Shown piece after piece: positions 16,156-25,921 of a stretch of 30,280 bases of DNA. This DNA is from a virus. The stretch's first letter is position 1; every line of letters starts with the position of its first letter. The translations under genes and the position numbers were made by a program. The stretch lies in the UHGV virus genome UHGV-0139558; one strand, given 5' to 3'. The notes below the pieces were generated by a model. It was not told the origin of the DNA and made no database searches. It saw only the letters and a list, made by a program, of their open reading frames with translations.

Positions 16156-16632
16156 ATGCAGGTACTAAATTCCCAGCGTAAAGCTTTCCTCGATATGGTG
16201 GCATGGTCAGAAGGAACGGATAACGGGCGACAACCGACACGTAACCACGGTTATGATATTATTGTTGGTGGTGAACTATTCACTGATTACTCCGATCACC
16301 CTCGCAAACTTGTCACGCTAAACCCCAAACTCAAATCAACAGCTGCAGGCCGTTATCAACTTCTTTCACGCTGGTGGGATGCTTACCGCAAGCAGCTTGG
16401 GCTGAAAGACTTCTCTCCAAAAAGCCAGGATGCTGTGGCATTGCAGCAGATTAAAGAGCGTGGCGCTTTACCGATGATTGATCGCGGCGATATTCGTCAG
16501 GCTATCGATCGTTGCAGCAATATCTGGGCTTCACTGCCGGGCGCTGGTTACGGTCAATATGAACATAAAATCGGTGACCTGATTGCCCGATTCAAAGAGG
16601 CTGGCGGGGTGGTAAATGAAGTTGAGCTATAA
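16156..16632 (+). CDS. R: Endolysin, lambda R-type lytic transglycosylase
   Basis: 'NSQRKAFLDMVAWSEGTDNGRQPTRNHGYDIIVGGELFTDYSDHPRKLVTLNPKLKSTAAGRYQLLSRWWDAYRKQLGLKDFSPKSQDAVALQQIKERGALPMIDRGDIRQAIDRCSNIWASLPGAGYGQ' is near-identical in pattern to lambda R. Confidence 0.9.
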   Translation: MQVLNSQRKAFLDMVAWSEGTDNGRQPTRNHGYDIIVGGELFTDYSDHPRKLVTLNPKLKSTAAGRYQLLSRWWDAYRKQLGLKDFSPKSQDAVALQQIKERGALPMIDRGDIRQAIDRCSNIWASLPGAGYGQYEHKIGDLIARFKEAGGVVNEVEL

Positions 16633-17050
16633 GCTGGTTATCGCAGCATTCTTCTCTACTGTCATCGGTTCTTTCATCTGGTCTGCTAACCACTACTACA
16701 GCAAATATCAGCACGAAAAGAAACGTGCTGATGAGGCTGTACAAAATGCTGAATCCGCAACCGCTATTACCAATAATGTCCTGCAATCACTGCAAATCGT
16801 CAATACAGTTCTGGAGGCTAACCAGCATGCAAAACAGCAGATCGCACTGGAGTCACAGAGAACCCAGGCTGATATCAAAGTGGCTGTTGCGGATGATGAT
16901 TGTGCTTTACGCCTTGTGCCTGCTGCCGCTGCTGACCGGTTGCGGAAATACGCGGACAGTTTACGTAACAGTACCTCCAATTCCGCTTCCAGCTACTCTG
17001 ACTTTGGAAACGCCAGTACCGCACATACCCGATACTCTGACCTATGGTGA
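16616..17050 (+). CDS. Rz: i-spanin (Rz-like)
   Basis: N-terminal TM 'LVIAAFFSTVIGSFIWSA', coiled-coil periplasmic domain; follows R. Confidence 0.7.
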   Translation: MKLSYKLVIAAFFSTVIGSFIWSANHYYSKYQHEKKRADEAVQNAESATAITNNVLQSLQIVNTVLEANQHAKQQIALESQRTQADIKVAVADDDCALRLVPAAAADRLRKYADSLRNSTSNSASSYSDFGNASTAHTRYSDLW

Positions 17051-17141
17051 CAGTCTGGAGTTGAATGTGAGTCTGTTGTCAGCGTTGGAACAGTGTAATC
17101 TTGATAAAGCGACAATAAAAAATATCGACGCTAACAAATAA
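16893..17141 (+). CDS. Rz1: o-spanin (Rz1-like lipoprotein), +1 frame, overlapping and extending beyond Rz
   Basis: Internal start 'MMIVLYALCLLPLLTGCGNTR' with lipobox LTGC; Pro-rich mature part. Confidence 0.6.
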   Translation: MMIVLYALCLLPLLTGCGNTRTVYVTVPPIPLPATLTLETPVPHIPDTLTYGDSLELNVSLLSALEQCNLDKATIKNIDANK

Positions 17142-17206
17142 AAGGACCTGTAATTTCATAGAGATGATTCCATGTTAATATTGCTTCTTTAACTGGAGGC
17201 ATATTG

Positions 17207-17692
17207 ATGGATTGGAATATGTGGTCTGCTATTGGGGCTTGTGGTTCGGCTATCGCGTCTTTATGGGCGTTGTGTTATGCACGCAAGGCGTTAAACACAT
17301 GGAATAGACAAGAGCAATTTAAAGTAAAGTTAGAGTTTAAACGAGCTTTACTTGAGCTGGAGGATGCCTTTGAGGCAATGCCCGATAATTGGAATTCCAC
17401 ACAATACAGAATAGCTAGAACAAGAGTTGAACAGCAGTATAATGCTGTTGTTCACCGAGTTGATGATGCAGCACAGCTATATTTCAAGAAAGAAAACCTT
17501 AAATCAGCATACCAGAATGCAGTGAGAGCATGGGTTTTATGTGAAGGGGGGATTAAAGATAAAAGTATACATGCTGAATGGAAACAACTCAGGACTGATT
17601 ATAGTCAATATATTATGACTGGTGGAAATAAAAAGTGCTACTTATCAAAAATAGAAAAAATATATTCTAGAATTGTCGTGTTCATAGATTGA
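17207..17692 (+). CDS. Membrane-anchored hypothetical protein (single N-terminal TM), AT-rich moron
   Basis: GGAGG RBS 8 nt upstream; N-terminal 'WSAIGACGSAIASLWALCYA' hydrophobic helix; AT-rich; between lysis cassette and HNH/terminase. Confidence 0.5.
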   Translation: MDWNMWSAIGACGSAIASLWALCYARKALNTWNRQEQFKVKLEFKRALLELEDAFEAMPDNWNSTQYRIARTRVEQQYNAVVHRVDDAAQLYFKKENLKSAYQNAVRAWVLCEGGIKDKSIHAEWKQLRTDYSQYIMTGGNKKCYLSKIEKIYSRIVVFID

Positions 17693-17738
17693 TTTTTATA
17701 TGAGAGAGACAAGTACTCTCTCATTATGGATATTTTAC

Positions 17739-18089
17739 ATGCCACCACGAACCCCAAAAGCCTGCCGCGTTCGCGGCTGCCGCAATACCACTACTGATCC
17801 GTCAGGCTATTGCGAAAACCACAAAAGCGAGGGCTGGAAGCAATACAAGCCAGGACAATCCCGTCATCAACGCGGTTATGGTTCTAAGTGGGATGTTATT
17901 CGCGTGCGTGTGCTGCAACGTGACAAAGGCCTGTGTCAGTTATGTCTGCGTGCTGGTGTGGTACGTGAGGCGAAAACCGTTGACCACATCATTCCTAAAG
18001 CGCATGGCGGCACAGATGCCGACAGCAATCTGCAGAGTCTGTGCTGGCCGTGTCATAAGGCGAAGACGGCCCGTGAACGGCTTAAGTGA
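17739..18089 (+). CDS. HNH endonuclease (terminase-associated)
   Basis: 'VDHIIPKAHGGTDADSNLQSLCWPCHKAKT' HNH motif with CxxC pairs; directly upstream of terminase genes. Could start at 17700. Confidence 0.8.
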   Translation: MPPRTPKACRVRGCRNTTTDPSGYCENHKSEGWKQYKPGQSRHQRGYGSKWDVIRVRVLQRDKGLCQLCLRAGVVREAKTVDHIIPKAHGGTDADSNLQSLCWPCHKAKTARERLK

Positions 18090-18214
18090 TAATTATTCTC
18101 AACAGCCTGAGGGGAGGGGCGGGTCAAATCTCTGTGACCTGACGTCTTCCGGACTGCCCGCCCCATCGTTTTTTTATACCCGCGAAAAATGAAATTTAAC
18201 CAGGAGTGCCGCAT

Positions 18215-18709
18215 ATGGCTGGAACGGCGGGGCGTTCCGGGCGTCGCCCTAAGCCAACGGCGCGCAAGGCGCTGGCCGGAAACCCCGGCAAGCGAGCCCT
18301 GAACAAAGATGAACCTGTTTTTACGCCCATCAAAGGTGTTGAGCCACCGGAGTGGTTCGCTGAAGAAGAGCTTCCTCTCGCCACGATCATGTGGCAACTG
18401 ACAACCAAAGAACTCTGCGGTCAGGGCCTGCTGTGCGTGACTGACCTCGCAGTGCTTGAGCGGTGGTGCGTGGCCTATGAGTTCTGGCGACGTGCCGTGA
18501 AAAATATTGCCAGACAGGGCAACACCATCACCGGTGCAATGGGCGGCATGGTCAAAAATCCGGAGCTGACCGCCAAAAAAGAACAGGAGTCCGAGATGAG
18601 CAGTACGGGGGCAATGCTCGGACTCGACCCCAGCAGCCGCCAGCGTCTGATTGGCCTGGCGGGGCAGAAGAAAGCCACTAACCCGTTTCTGAAAATTATC
18701 GAATCATGA
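18215..18709 (+). CDS. Terminase small subunit (P27/HK97 family)
   Basis: '[34 protein letters not shown]' N-terminus characteristic of this family; GGAG RBS. Confidence 0.8.
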   Translation: MAGTAGRSGRRPKPTARKALAGNPGKRALNKDEPVFTPIKGVEPPEWFAEEELPLATIMWQLTTKELCGQGLLCVTDLAVLERWCVAYEFWRRAVKNIARQGNTITGAMGGMVKNPELTAKKEQESEMSSTGAMLGLDPSSRQRLIGLAGQKKATNPFLKIIES

Positions 18710-20439
18710 GCCGGAAATCTTACCCCAACGTAAATGCTGCAAATCAGTATGCCCGGGATGTCGTGCGCGGAAAGATTGTGGCCTGCCAGTTTGTGATTCA
18801 GGCCTGCCAGCGCCATCTTGATGACCTGATGGCGGAAAAAAGTAAGTCGTTTCGTTACCGCTTCGACAAGGACCTGGCTGAACGGGCTGCCAAATTTATT
18901 CAGCTGTTGCCGCACACCAAGGGTGAGTGGGCATTTAAACGGATGCCCATCACGCTGGAGCCGTGGCAGCTATTTGTGATCTGCTGTGCGTTTGGCTGGG
19001 TCAATAAAGGCACCCGATTGCGCCGCTTCCGGGAGGTGTATACCGAAATCCCCCGTAAGAACGGCAAATCGGCAATCTCTGCCGGTGTCGCCCTGTATTG
19101 TTTTGCCTGTGATAACGAGTTCGGCGCGGAAGTGTATTCCGGTGCCACGACGGAGAAACAGGCATGGGAAGTCTTTCGTCCGGCAAGACTGATGTGTAAA
19201 CGCACACCCATGCTGACGGAAGCGTTCGGGATTGAGGTTAACGCCTCAAACATGAACCGTCCGGAGGATGGTGCGCGTTTTGAACCGCTGATCGGTAACC
19301 CCGGTGATGGTTCATCACCCCACTGTGCGGTGGTGGATGAATATCACGAGCACGCCACAGATGCGCTTTACACCACGATGCTTACCGGGATGGGGGCGCG
19401 ACGCCAGCCACTGATGTGGGCCATTACCACCGCCGGGTACAACATTGAGGGGCCGTGCTACGACAAACGGCGGGAAGTCATCGAGATGCTCAACGGCTCG
19501 GTGCCCAACGATGAACTGTTCGGGATCATCTATACCGTTGATGAAGGTGACGACTGGACCGACCCGCAGGTGCTGGAAAAAGCCAATCCAAATATTGGTG
19601 TGTCGGTTTATCGCGAGTTTTTGTTAAGCCAGCAGCAACGTGCGAAAAATAACGCCCGTCTGGCAAACGTCTTTAAAACAAAACACCTCAATATCTGGGT
19701 GTCGGCGCGTTCGGCGTATTTCAACCTGGTGAGCTGGCAGAGCTGCGAGGATAAATCACTGACCCTTGAGCAGTTCGAGGGGCAGCCGTGCATTCTGGCC
19801 TTTGACCTGGCGCGTAAGCTGGATATGAACAGCATGGCGCGACTTTATACCCGCGAGATTGACGGTAAAACGCATTACTACAGTGTGGCCCCGCGTTTCT
19901 GGGTACCGTATGACACGGTGTACAGCGTCGAGAAAAATGAAGATCGACGGACAGCCGAACGCTTTCAGAAATGGGTGGAAATGGGCGTTCTGACCGTTAC
20001 CGATGGTGCGGAGGTGGATTATCGCTACATCCTCGAGGAGGCCAAAGCGGCGAACAAAATCAGCCCGGTCAGTGAGTCACCCATCGACCCCTTCGGGGCG
20101 ACCGGGTTGTCACATGACCTTGCTGATGAAGACCTGAACCCCATCACTATCATTCAGAACTACACCAACATGTCCGACCCGATGAAAGAGCTGGAAGCGG
20201 CAATTGAATCGGGGCGCTTTCATCATGATGGCAATCCCATCATGACCTGGTGTATCGGCAACGTGGTCGGCAAAACCATTCCGGGTAACGATGATGTGGT
20301 GAAGCCCGTCAAAGAGCAGGCGGAAAACAAAATCGATGGTGCAGTTGCGCTGATTATGGCGGTTGGCAGAGCCATGCTGTACGAGAAAGAAGACACGCTG
20401 TCTGACCACATTGAGTCCTATGGGATCCGCTCGCTTTAA
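18706..20439 (+). CDS. Terminase large subunit
   Basis: 577 aa; ATPase region '[14 protein letters not shown]', 'VVDEYHEH'; C-terminal nuclease-like domain; ATGA overlap with small subunit. Confidence 0.9.
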
Positions 20440-20450
20440 CTGAGGTAATT

Positions 20451-20633
20451 ATGATCATGCTGATTCTCGCGCCTCTGGTGGGCGTGCTGGGGGCGCTTTT
20501 GCTGGCTTATGGTGCCTGGCTGATTTATCCCCCGGCGGGGTTTGTTGTTGCCGGGGCGTTGTGCCTGTTCTGGTCGTGGCTGGTGGCGCGATATCTCGAC
20601 CGTACACAGTCGTCTGTCGGCGGAGGTAAATAG
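20451..20633 (+). CDS. Small hydrophobic protein between terminase and portal
   Basis: 60 aa, two hydrophobic helices; stop overlaps portal GTG start. Confidence 0.4.
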
Positions 20634-21874
20634 TGTTCTTTTCGGGATTATTTCAACGAAAAAGTGACGCACCGGTGACCACGCCAGCAGAGCTGGCGGA
20701 TGCTATCGGGTTGTCCTACGACACCTATACCGGAAAGCAGATCAGCAGTCAGCGAGCCATGCGACTGACGGCGGTTTTTTCCTGTGTCAGGGTGCTGGCG
20801 GAGTCGGTCGGGATGTTGCCCTGCAACCTGTATCACCTGAACGGCAGCCTGAAGCAGAGAGCCACCGGCGAACGTCTGCATAAGCTGATCTCCACGCATC
20901 CCAATGGCTATATGACGCCGCAGGAGTTCTGGGAGCTGGTGGTCACCTGTCTGTGCCTGCGGGGAAACTTTTACGCCTACAAAGTGAAAGCATTTGGCGA
21001 AGTGGCTGAACTGCTGCCCGTCGATCCCGGCTGTGTGGTACCGAAGCTTAACAGTAGCTGGGAGCCGGTCTATCAGGTCACATTCCCGGATGGCTCCACG
21101 GATGTACTGAGCCAGGAGGATATCTGGCATGTGCGCACGCTGACGCTGGACGGACTGGTGGGGCTGAATCCCATCGCCTATGCCCGCGAGGCAATATCGC
21201 TGGCGGCAGCGACCGAAGAGCACGGGGCCAGACTGTTCAGCAATGGCGCGGTGACGTCGGGTGTGTTGCGTACAGAGCAGACGTTGTCAGATCAGGCTTA
21301 TGAGCGCCTGAAGAAAGATTTTGAGGAGCGTCACACCGGGCTTGGCAATGCTCACCGCCCGATGATCCTTGAGATGGGGCTGGACTGGAAGTCGATGGCG
21401 CTGAACGCCGAGGACAGCCAGTTCCTGGAAACCCGCAAGTTTCAGCTTGAAGAAATCTGTCGTCTGTTCCGGGTGCCGTTGCACATGGTGCAGAACACCG
21501 ATCGCGCCACCTTCAACAATATCGAAGAGCTGGGGCTGGGATTTATCAACTATTCACTGGTGCCGTATCTGACCCGCATCGAACAGCGGATCAACACCGG
21601 ACTGGTACGAAAAAGTAAGCAGGGCGTTTATTACGCCAAATTTAACGCCGGGGCGTTACTGCGCGGGGATATGAAGTCCCGTTTTGAAGCCTACGCCACC
21701 GGGATCAACTGGGGAATTTACTCTCCCAATGACTGCCGCGACCTGGAAGATATGAATCCCCGTCCCGGTGGGGATGTCTATCTCACACCGATGAACATGA
21801 CCACGAAACCCTCCGATGGCAGTAAAGCCGGTAAGCAGAAGGATAACGCCAATGCAGACGAAACAACGTCTTGA
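20633..21874 (+). CDS. Portal protein (HK97 family)
   Basis: 413 aa, GTG start after GGAGG; order terminase-portal-protease-capsid. Confidence 0.85.
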   Translation: MFFSGLFQRKSDAPVTTPAELADAIGLSYDTYTGKQISSQRAMRLTAVFSCVRVLAESVGMLPCNLYHLNGSLKQRATGERLHKLISTHPNGYMTPQEFWELVVTCLCLRGNFYAYKVKAFGEVAELLPVDPGCVVPKLNSSWEPVYQVTFPDGSTDVLSQEDIWHVRTLTLDGLVGLNPIAYAREAISLAAATEEHGARLFSNGAVTSGVLRTEQTLSDQAYERLKKDFEERHTGLGNAHRPMILEMGLDWKSMALNAEDSQFLETRKFQLEEICRLFRVPLHMVQNTDRATFNNIEELGLGFINYSLVPYLTRIEQRINTGLVRKSKQGVYYAKFNAGALLRGDMKSRFEAYATGINWGIYSPNDCRDLEDMNPRPGGDVYLTPMNMTTKPSDGSKAGKQKDNANADETTS

Positions 21875-22502
21875 TGTACCGCTGAGTCTGAAATCTGTCA
21901 GTGACTCCGGGGAGTTTGAAGGGTATGGCTCCGTCTTTGGTGTAAAGGACAGCCACGATGATGTGGTGATGTCCGGGGCATTTGCTGCTTCCCTGCGGGC
22001 GTGGAGTGACAGAAAAGCGTTACCTGCGCTGCTCTGGCAGCACCGCATGGATGAGCCCATCGGTGTTTACACCGAAATGAAGGAAGACGATGTCGGGCTT
22101 TACGTCAGGGGGCGGTTGCTCATTGATGATGATCCCCTGGCAAAACGCGCACATGCACACATGAAGGCCGGTTCGTTAACCGGCCTTTCTATTGGGTACG
22201 TCCTGAAGGACTGGGAATACGACCGGACGAAAGAAGCCTTTCTGCTGAAAGAAATCGACCTCTGGGAAGTCAGTCTGGTGACGTTCCCGTCTAACGACGA
22301 GGCACGGATCAGCGACGTCAAGAACGCGCTGGCCCGCGGGGAAATCCCCGAACAGAAAAAAATCGAAAGAGTCCTGCGTGATGTCGGACTCTCCCGTACC
22401 CAGGCCAAAGCATTCATGGCCGGGGGCTATAGCGCACTGTCCCTGCGCGACGCTGAGGATGTGAGCTCTGCACTGAATGCACTGAAAAATCTGAACTTCT
22501 AA
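21852..22502 (+). CDS. Prohead protease (HK97 family)
   Basis: Position and size; 'SVFGVKDSHDDVV...' ; start at internal ATG 21852 overlapping the portal 3' end. Confidence 0.75.
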   Translation: MQTKQRLDVPLSLKSVSDSGEFEGYGSVFGVKDSHDDVVMSGAFAASLRAWSDRKALPALLWQHRMDEPIGVYTEMKEDDVGLYVRGRLLIDDDPLAKRAHAHMKAGSLTGLSIGYVLKDWEYDRTKEAFLLKEIDLWEVSLVTFPSNDEARISDVKNALARGEIPEQKKIERVLRDVGLSRTQAKAFMAGGYSALSLRDAEDVSSALNALKNLNF

Positions 22503-22516
22503 TCAGGAGAAATACG

Positions 22517-23722
22517 ATGGCGGTAGATATTAAAGATGTCGAACAGGTCGCGCAGGAGCTGCAGCAGAAGTTTGACGACTTCAAAGCAAAGAACGACAAG
22601 CGCGTGGATGCGATTGAGCAGGAAAAAGGCAAACTTGCCGGGCAGGTGGAAACCCTGAACGGGAAACTCAGCGAGCTGGAAAACCTCAAAAGCGATCTTG
22701 AAAAAGAGCTGCTTGAGCTGAAACGTCCGGCAGGTGGTGCGCAAAATAAACTGGCCACCGAGCATAAAGAAGCGTTTGTGGGCTTCCTGCGTAAAGGCCG
22801 TGAAGATGGTCTGCGCGATCTGGAGCGTAAGGCATTGCAGGTGGGCACCGATGAAGACGGTGGCTATGCCGTGCCGGAAGCGCTGGATCGCAACATTCTC
22901 ACCCTGCTGAAAGATGAAGTGGTGATGCGCCAGGAAGCCACGGTGATCACCGTTGGCGGTTCCGACTACAAAAAACTGGTGAATCTGGGCGGCACGGCTT
23001 CCGGATGGGTGGGGGAAACGGATACGCGATCCCAGACTGCCACCTCCAGACTGGAGCTGATTGAACCTCTCATGGGGGAAATCTACGGCAACCCGCAGGC
23101 CACCCAGAAAATGCTGGACGATGCCTTCTTCAACGTGGAGGCCTGGATCAACAGCGAGCTGGCAACCGAATTTGCCGAACAGGAAGAAATTGCCTTTACC
23201 TCAGGCGATGGCACCAAGAAGCCGAAAGGGTTCCTGGCGTATGAATCCACTGATGAAACCGATAAGGTCCGGGCGTTCGGCAAACTTCAGCATATTGTAT
23301 CCGGCGAAGCGACTGCGGTGACCGCAGACGCCATTATCAAACTTATTTACACGCTGCGTAAGGCACACCGCACCGGTGCGAAGTTCATGATGAACAACAA
23401 CAGCCTGTTTGCCATCCGTCTGCTGAAAGACAGCGAGGGTAACTATCTGTGGCGTCCGGGGCTGGAGCTGGGGCAGCCGTCCTCTCTGGCGGGTTACGGT
23501 ATCGCTGAAAACGAACAGATGCCGGATATCGCCGCTGATGCGAAAGCCATTGCATTTGGTAACTTCAAACGGGGTTACACCATCGTTGACCGTATCGGCA
23601 CCCGCATTCTGCGTGACCCGTACACCAATAAACCGTTTGTCGGTTTTTATACCACCAAACGCACCGGCGGCATGCTGGTCGATTCGCAGGCCATCAAACT
23701 GCTGAAGATTGCAGTGGCGTAA
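22517..23722 (+). CDS. Major capsid protein (HK97 fold)
   Basis: 401 aa; N-terminal coiled-coil delta/scaffold-like region followed by capsid domain; GGAG RBS. Confidence 0.85.
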   Translation: MAVDIKDVEQVAQELQQKFDDFKAKNDKRVDAIEQEKGKLAGQVETLNGKLSELENLKSDLEKELLELKRPAGGAQNKLATEHKEAFVGFLRKGREDGLRDLERKALQVGTDEDGGYAVPEALDRNILTLLKDEVVMRQEATVITVGGSDYKKLVNLGGTASGWVGETDTRSQTATSRLELIEPLMGEIYGNPQATQKMLDDAFFNVEAWINSELATEFAEQEEIAFTSGDGTKKPKGFLAYESTDETDKVRAFGKLQHIVSGEATAVTADAIIKLIYTLRKAHRTGAKFMMNNNSLFAIRLLKDSEGNYLWRPGLELGQPSSLAGYGIAENEQMPDIAADAKAIAFGNFKRGYTIVDRIGTRILRDPYTNKPFVGFYTTKRTGGMLVDSQAIKLLKIAVA

Positions 23723-23770
23723 TCACTCAGGGGCGCGGAACCGCGCCCCTGTTCTGACGGGTGAAGAATC

Positions 23771-23971
23771 ATGATCCTGAAACAAGATCTGAAATGGTCA
23801 CCGGACGGTATGCGTGTTGAGGTCATTCGGGCCGGTGAGTATGACGACGGGGCGCTTCCTGCCCGGGTGCAGGAGATTGCACTTCAGGCCGGGTTAGCAG
23901 AGCGCGGAACCAGTGCAAAAAGCAGTAAAGCGACAAAAGAGAAAAAAGCCACGACCAGTAAAGAGGGCTGA
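23771..23971 (+). CDS. Small hypothetical head-associated protein
   Basis: 66 aa ORF in the structural operon between capsid and connector genes; Lys-rich tail. Confidence 0.4.
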   Translation: MILKQDLKWSPDGMRVEVIRAGEYDDGALPARVQEIALQAGLAERGTSAKSSKATKEKKATTSKEG

Positions 23972-23973
23972 GT

Positions 23974-24297
23974 ATGCTTCTGACAATGGAAGAGATTAAA
24001 GCCCAACTCCGGCTGGATGAGGATTTCGATGCTGATGACCGCCATCTGCAACTGCTGGCCTGTGCGGCACAAAAGCGGACGGAAACGTATCTGAACCGGA
24101 AGCTCTATGCACCGGATGAAACCATTCCGGACAGCGATCCGGACGGGCTGCACCTGCCGGATGATATTCGTCTGGGGATGCTGATGCTTATCAGCCATTT
24201 TTACGAAAACCGCTCGTCGGTTACGGAAGTGGAGAAACTCGACATGCCGCAGAGTTTTGGCTGGCTTGTCGGCCCGTACAGGTACTTTCCGCAATGA
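23974..24297 (+). CDS. Head-tail connector protein (gp6-like)
   Basis: 'MLLTMEEIKAQLRLDEDFDADD...' typical N-terminus of this family; position after capsid. Confidence 0.6.
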   Translation: MLLTMEEIKAQLRLDEDFDADDRHLQLLACAAQKRTETYLNRKLYAPDETIPDSDPDGLHLPDDIRLGMLMLISHFYENRSSVTEVEKLDMPQSFGWLVGPYRYFPQ

Positions 24298-24704
24298 AAA
24301 TTCGTCAGGCGCAGACCAGCGCAACCTACATTCTGCCGGACCCCGGTGAACTGAATAAACGCGTCCTGATCCGCCAGCGGGTGGATATGCCCGCGGATAA
24401 CTTTGGCGTGGAGCCTCAATACCCGGTTACGTTCCGGACATGGGCGAAGGTTGTCCAGACCAGTGCCACCACCTGGCAGGAAACCGCGCAGACCGGAGAT
24501 GCCATCACCCATTACATCACCATTCGTTACCGCCGGGGGATCACCGCTGATTATGAGGTGGTCTGCGGTGACAGTGTGTACCGGGTGAAACGTCAGCGCG
24601 ATCTGAACGGGGCGCGGCGTTTTCTGCTGCTGGAGTGTACGGAGCTGGGCGAATGTAGGCAGAGTCACGGAGGCAACAATGGCGACTTCCTTTTTGCACG
24701 TTGA
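24294..24704 (+). CDS. Head closure / head-tail joining protein
   Basis: Translationally coupled, 136 aa, position in morphogenesis operon. Confidence 0.5.
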   Translation: MKIRQAQTSATYILPDPGELNKRVLIRQRVDMPADNFGVEPQYPVTFRTWAKVVQTSATTWQETAQTGDAITHYITIRYRRGITADYEVVCGDSVYRVKRQRDLNGARRFLLLECTELGECRQSHGGNNGDFLFAR

Positions 24705-25185
24705 TTTTCAGCAGCCCGCGGAGATGCGCTTTAACCGCGCCCGTGTCCGGCGGGCTTTTGTCACGATTGGTCAGCGTCATATGCGTGATGCCCGTCGGCT
24801 GGTGATGCGCCGTGCGCGGTCGGCACCGGGTGAAAACCCCGGTTATCAGACCGGACGCCTGGCTCGTTCGATTGGTTACATGGTACCCAGAGCCAGTAAA
24901 CATCGCCCTGGTTTTATGGCACGTATAGCCCCTAACCAGCGTAATGGAGAGGGAAACCGCCGTATCACCGGTGATTTTTATCCGGCTTTTTTGTTCTATG
25001 GCGTGAGGCGAGGGGCAAAGCGTCGTCGCAGCCATCATCGTGGTGCATCCGGTGGCAGCGGCTGGCGACTGGCTCCACGTAATAACTTCATGGTGGAAAC
25101 GCTTGAAAAGAACCGCAGCTGGACACGCTATTTTCTGGCGCGGGAATTGCGTAAATCACTGAAGCCGGAGCGACGACACAGATGA
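24679..25185 (+). CDS. Virion morphogenesis / tail completion protein (P2 gpS / Mu gpG-like)
   Basis: Arg-rich 168-aa protein with 'TGRLARSIGY' motif; position before tail genes. Confidence 0.5.
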   Translation: MATSFLHVDFQQPAEMRFNRARVRRAFVTIGQRHMRDARRLVMRRARSAPGENPGYQTGRLARSIGYMVPRASKHRPGFMARIAPNQRNGEGNRRITGDFYPAFLFYGVRRGAKRRRSHHRGASGGSGWRLAPRNNFMVETLEKNRSWTRYFLARELRKSLKPERRHR

Positions 25186-25742
25186 AACTGACGCCTGTTA
25201 TTGCTGCGCTGCGTGCCCGCTGCCCGTATTTTGAAAACCGGGTTGCAGGCGCGGCACAGTTCAAAAATCTGCCGGAGGTCGGAAAGCTGAGACTCCCGGC
25301 GGCGTATGTGGTGCCGGGTGATGACTCTCCGGGAGAAAACAAAAGCCAGACCGACTACTGGCAGGAGCTGAAAGAGGGCTTCTCCGTGGTTGTCATACTG
25401 AGTAACGGGCGTGATGAGCGCGGTCAGTTTGCTTCGTATGATGTGGTGGACGATGTCCGGCAGATGCTCTTTAAGACTCTGCTGGGCTGGAACCCGGAAG
25501 CGTGCGGTAACCCGATTACCTATGACGGCGGCACGCTGCTGGATCTGAATCGTCATGAGCTGATTTATCAGTTCGATTTTTCGGTCATCAGCGAGCTGAC
25601 CGAAGACGATACCCGCCAGCAGGATGACCTGAACAGTCTGGATGAACTGCAAACGCTGGCGATTGATGTTGATTATCTCGATCCCGGTAACGGGCCTGAC
25701 GGCGATATCGAACATCACACCGAAATAACCTTTCCTTCCTGA
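25182..25742 (+). CDS. Tail-associated structural protein (Mu gpK-like position)
   Basis: 186 aa, overlapping start; immediately upstream of the sheath module. Confidence 0.45.
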   Translation: MKLTPVIAALRARCPYFENRVAGAAQFKNLPEVGKLRLPAAYVVPGDDSPGENKSQTDYWQELKEGFSVVVILSNGRDERGQFASYDVVDDVRQMLFKTLLGWNPEACGNPITYDGGTLLDLNRHELIYQFDFSVISELTEDDTRQQDDLNSLDELQTLAIDVDYLDPGNGPDGDIEHHTEITFPS

Positions 25743-25750
25743 GGATCATC

Positions 25751-25921
25751 ATGTTTGTGAAACCTGTTAAAGGGCGGTCAGTGCCTGACCCTGCCCGCGG
25801 CGACCTTTTGCCCGCCGAAGGGCGAAATGTTGATGAGAACAACTACTGGCTGCGCCGTGAAGCAGCGGGTGATATCCGGCGCGTGAATAAAAAGGTGAAC
25901 ACCGATGACGATAAGCTTTAA
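25751..25921 (+). CDS. Small protein upstream of tail sheath (DUF2635-like); not in the supplied ORF track (under 60 aa)
   Basis: 56-codon ORF 'MFVKPVKGRSVPDPARGDLLPAEGRNVDENNYWLRREAAGDIRRVNKK...' overlapping the sheath start, as in Mu-like tail modules. Confidence 0.45.
   Translation: MFVKPVKGRSVPDPARGDLLPAEGRNVDENNYWLRREAAGDIRRVNKKVNTDDDKL

Noticed and set aside
20648-21223. 191-aa antisense ORF inside the portal gene (similar shadow ORFs at 22414..22848, 24541..25038, 25128..25718, 10726..11307)
   Set aside because: These lie opposite well-supported structural or enzyme genes in GC-rich DNA, have Arg/Gln/His-rich low-complexity translations and no RBS; typical shadow ORFs.
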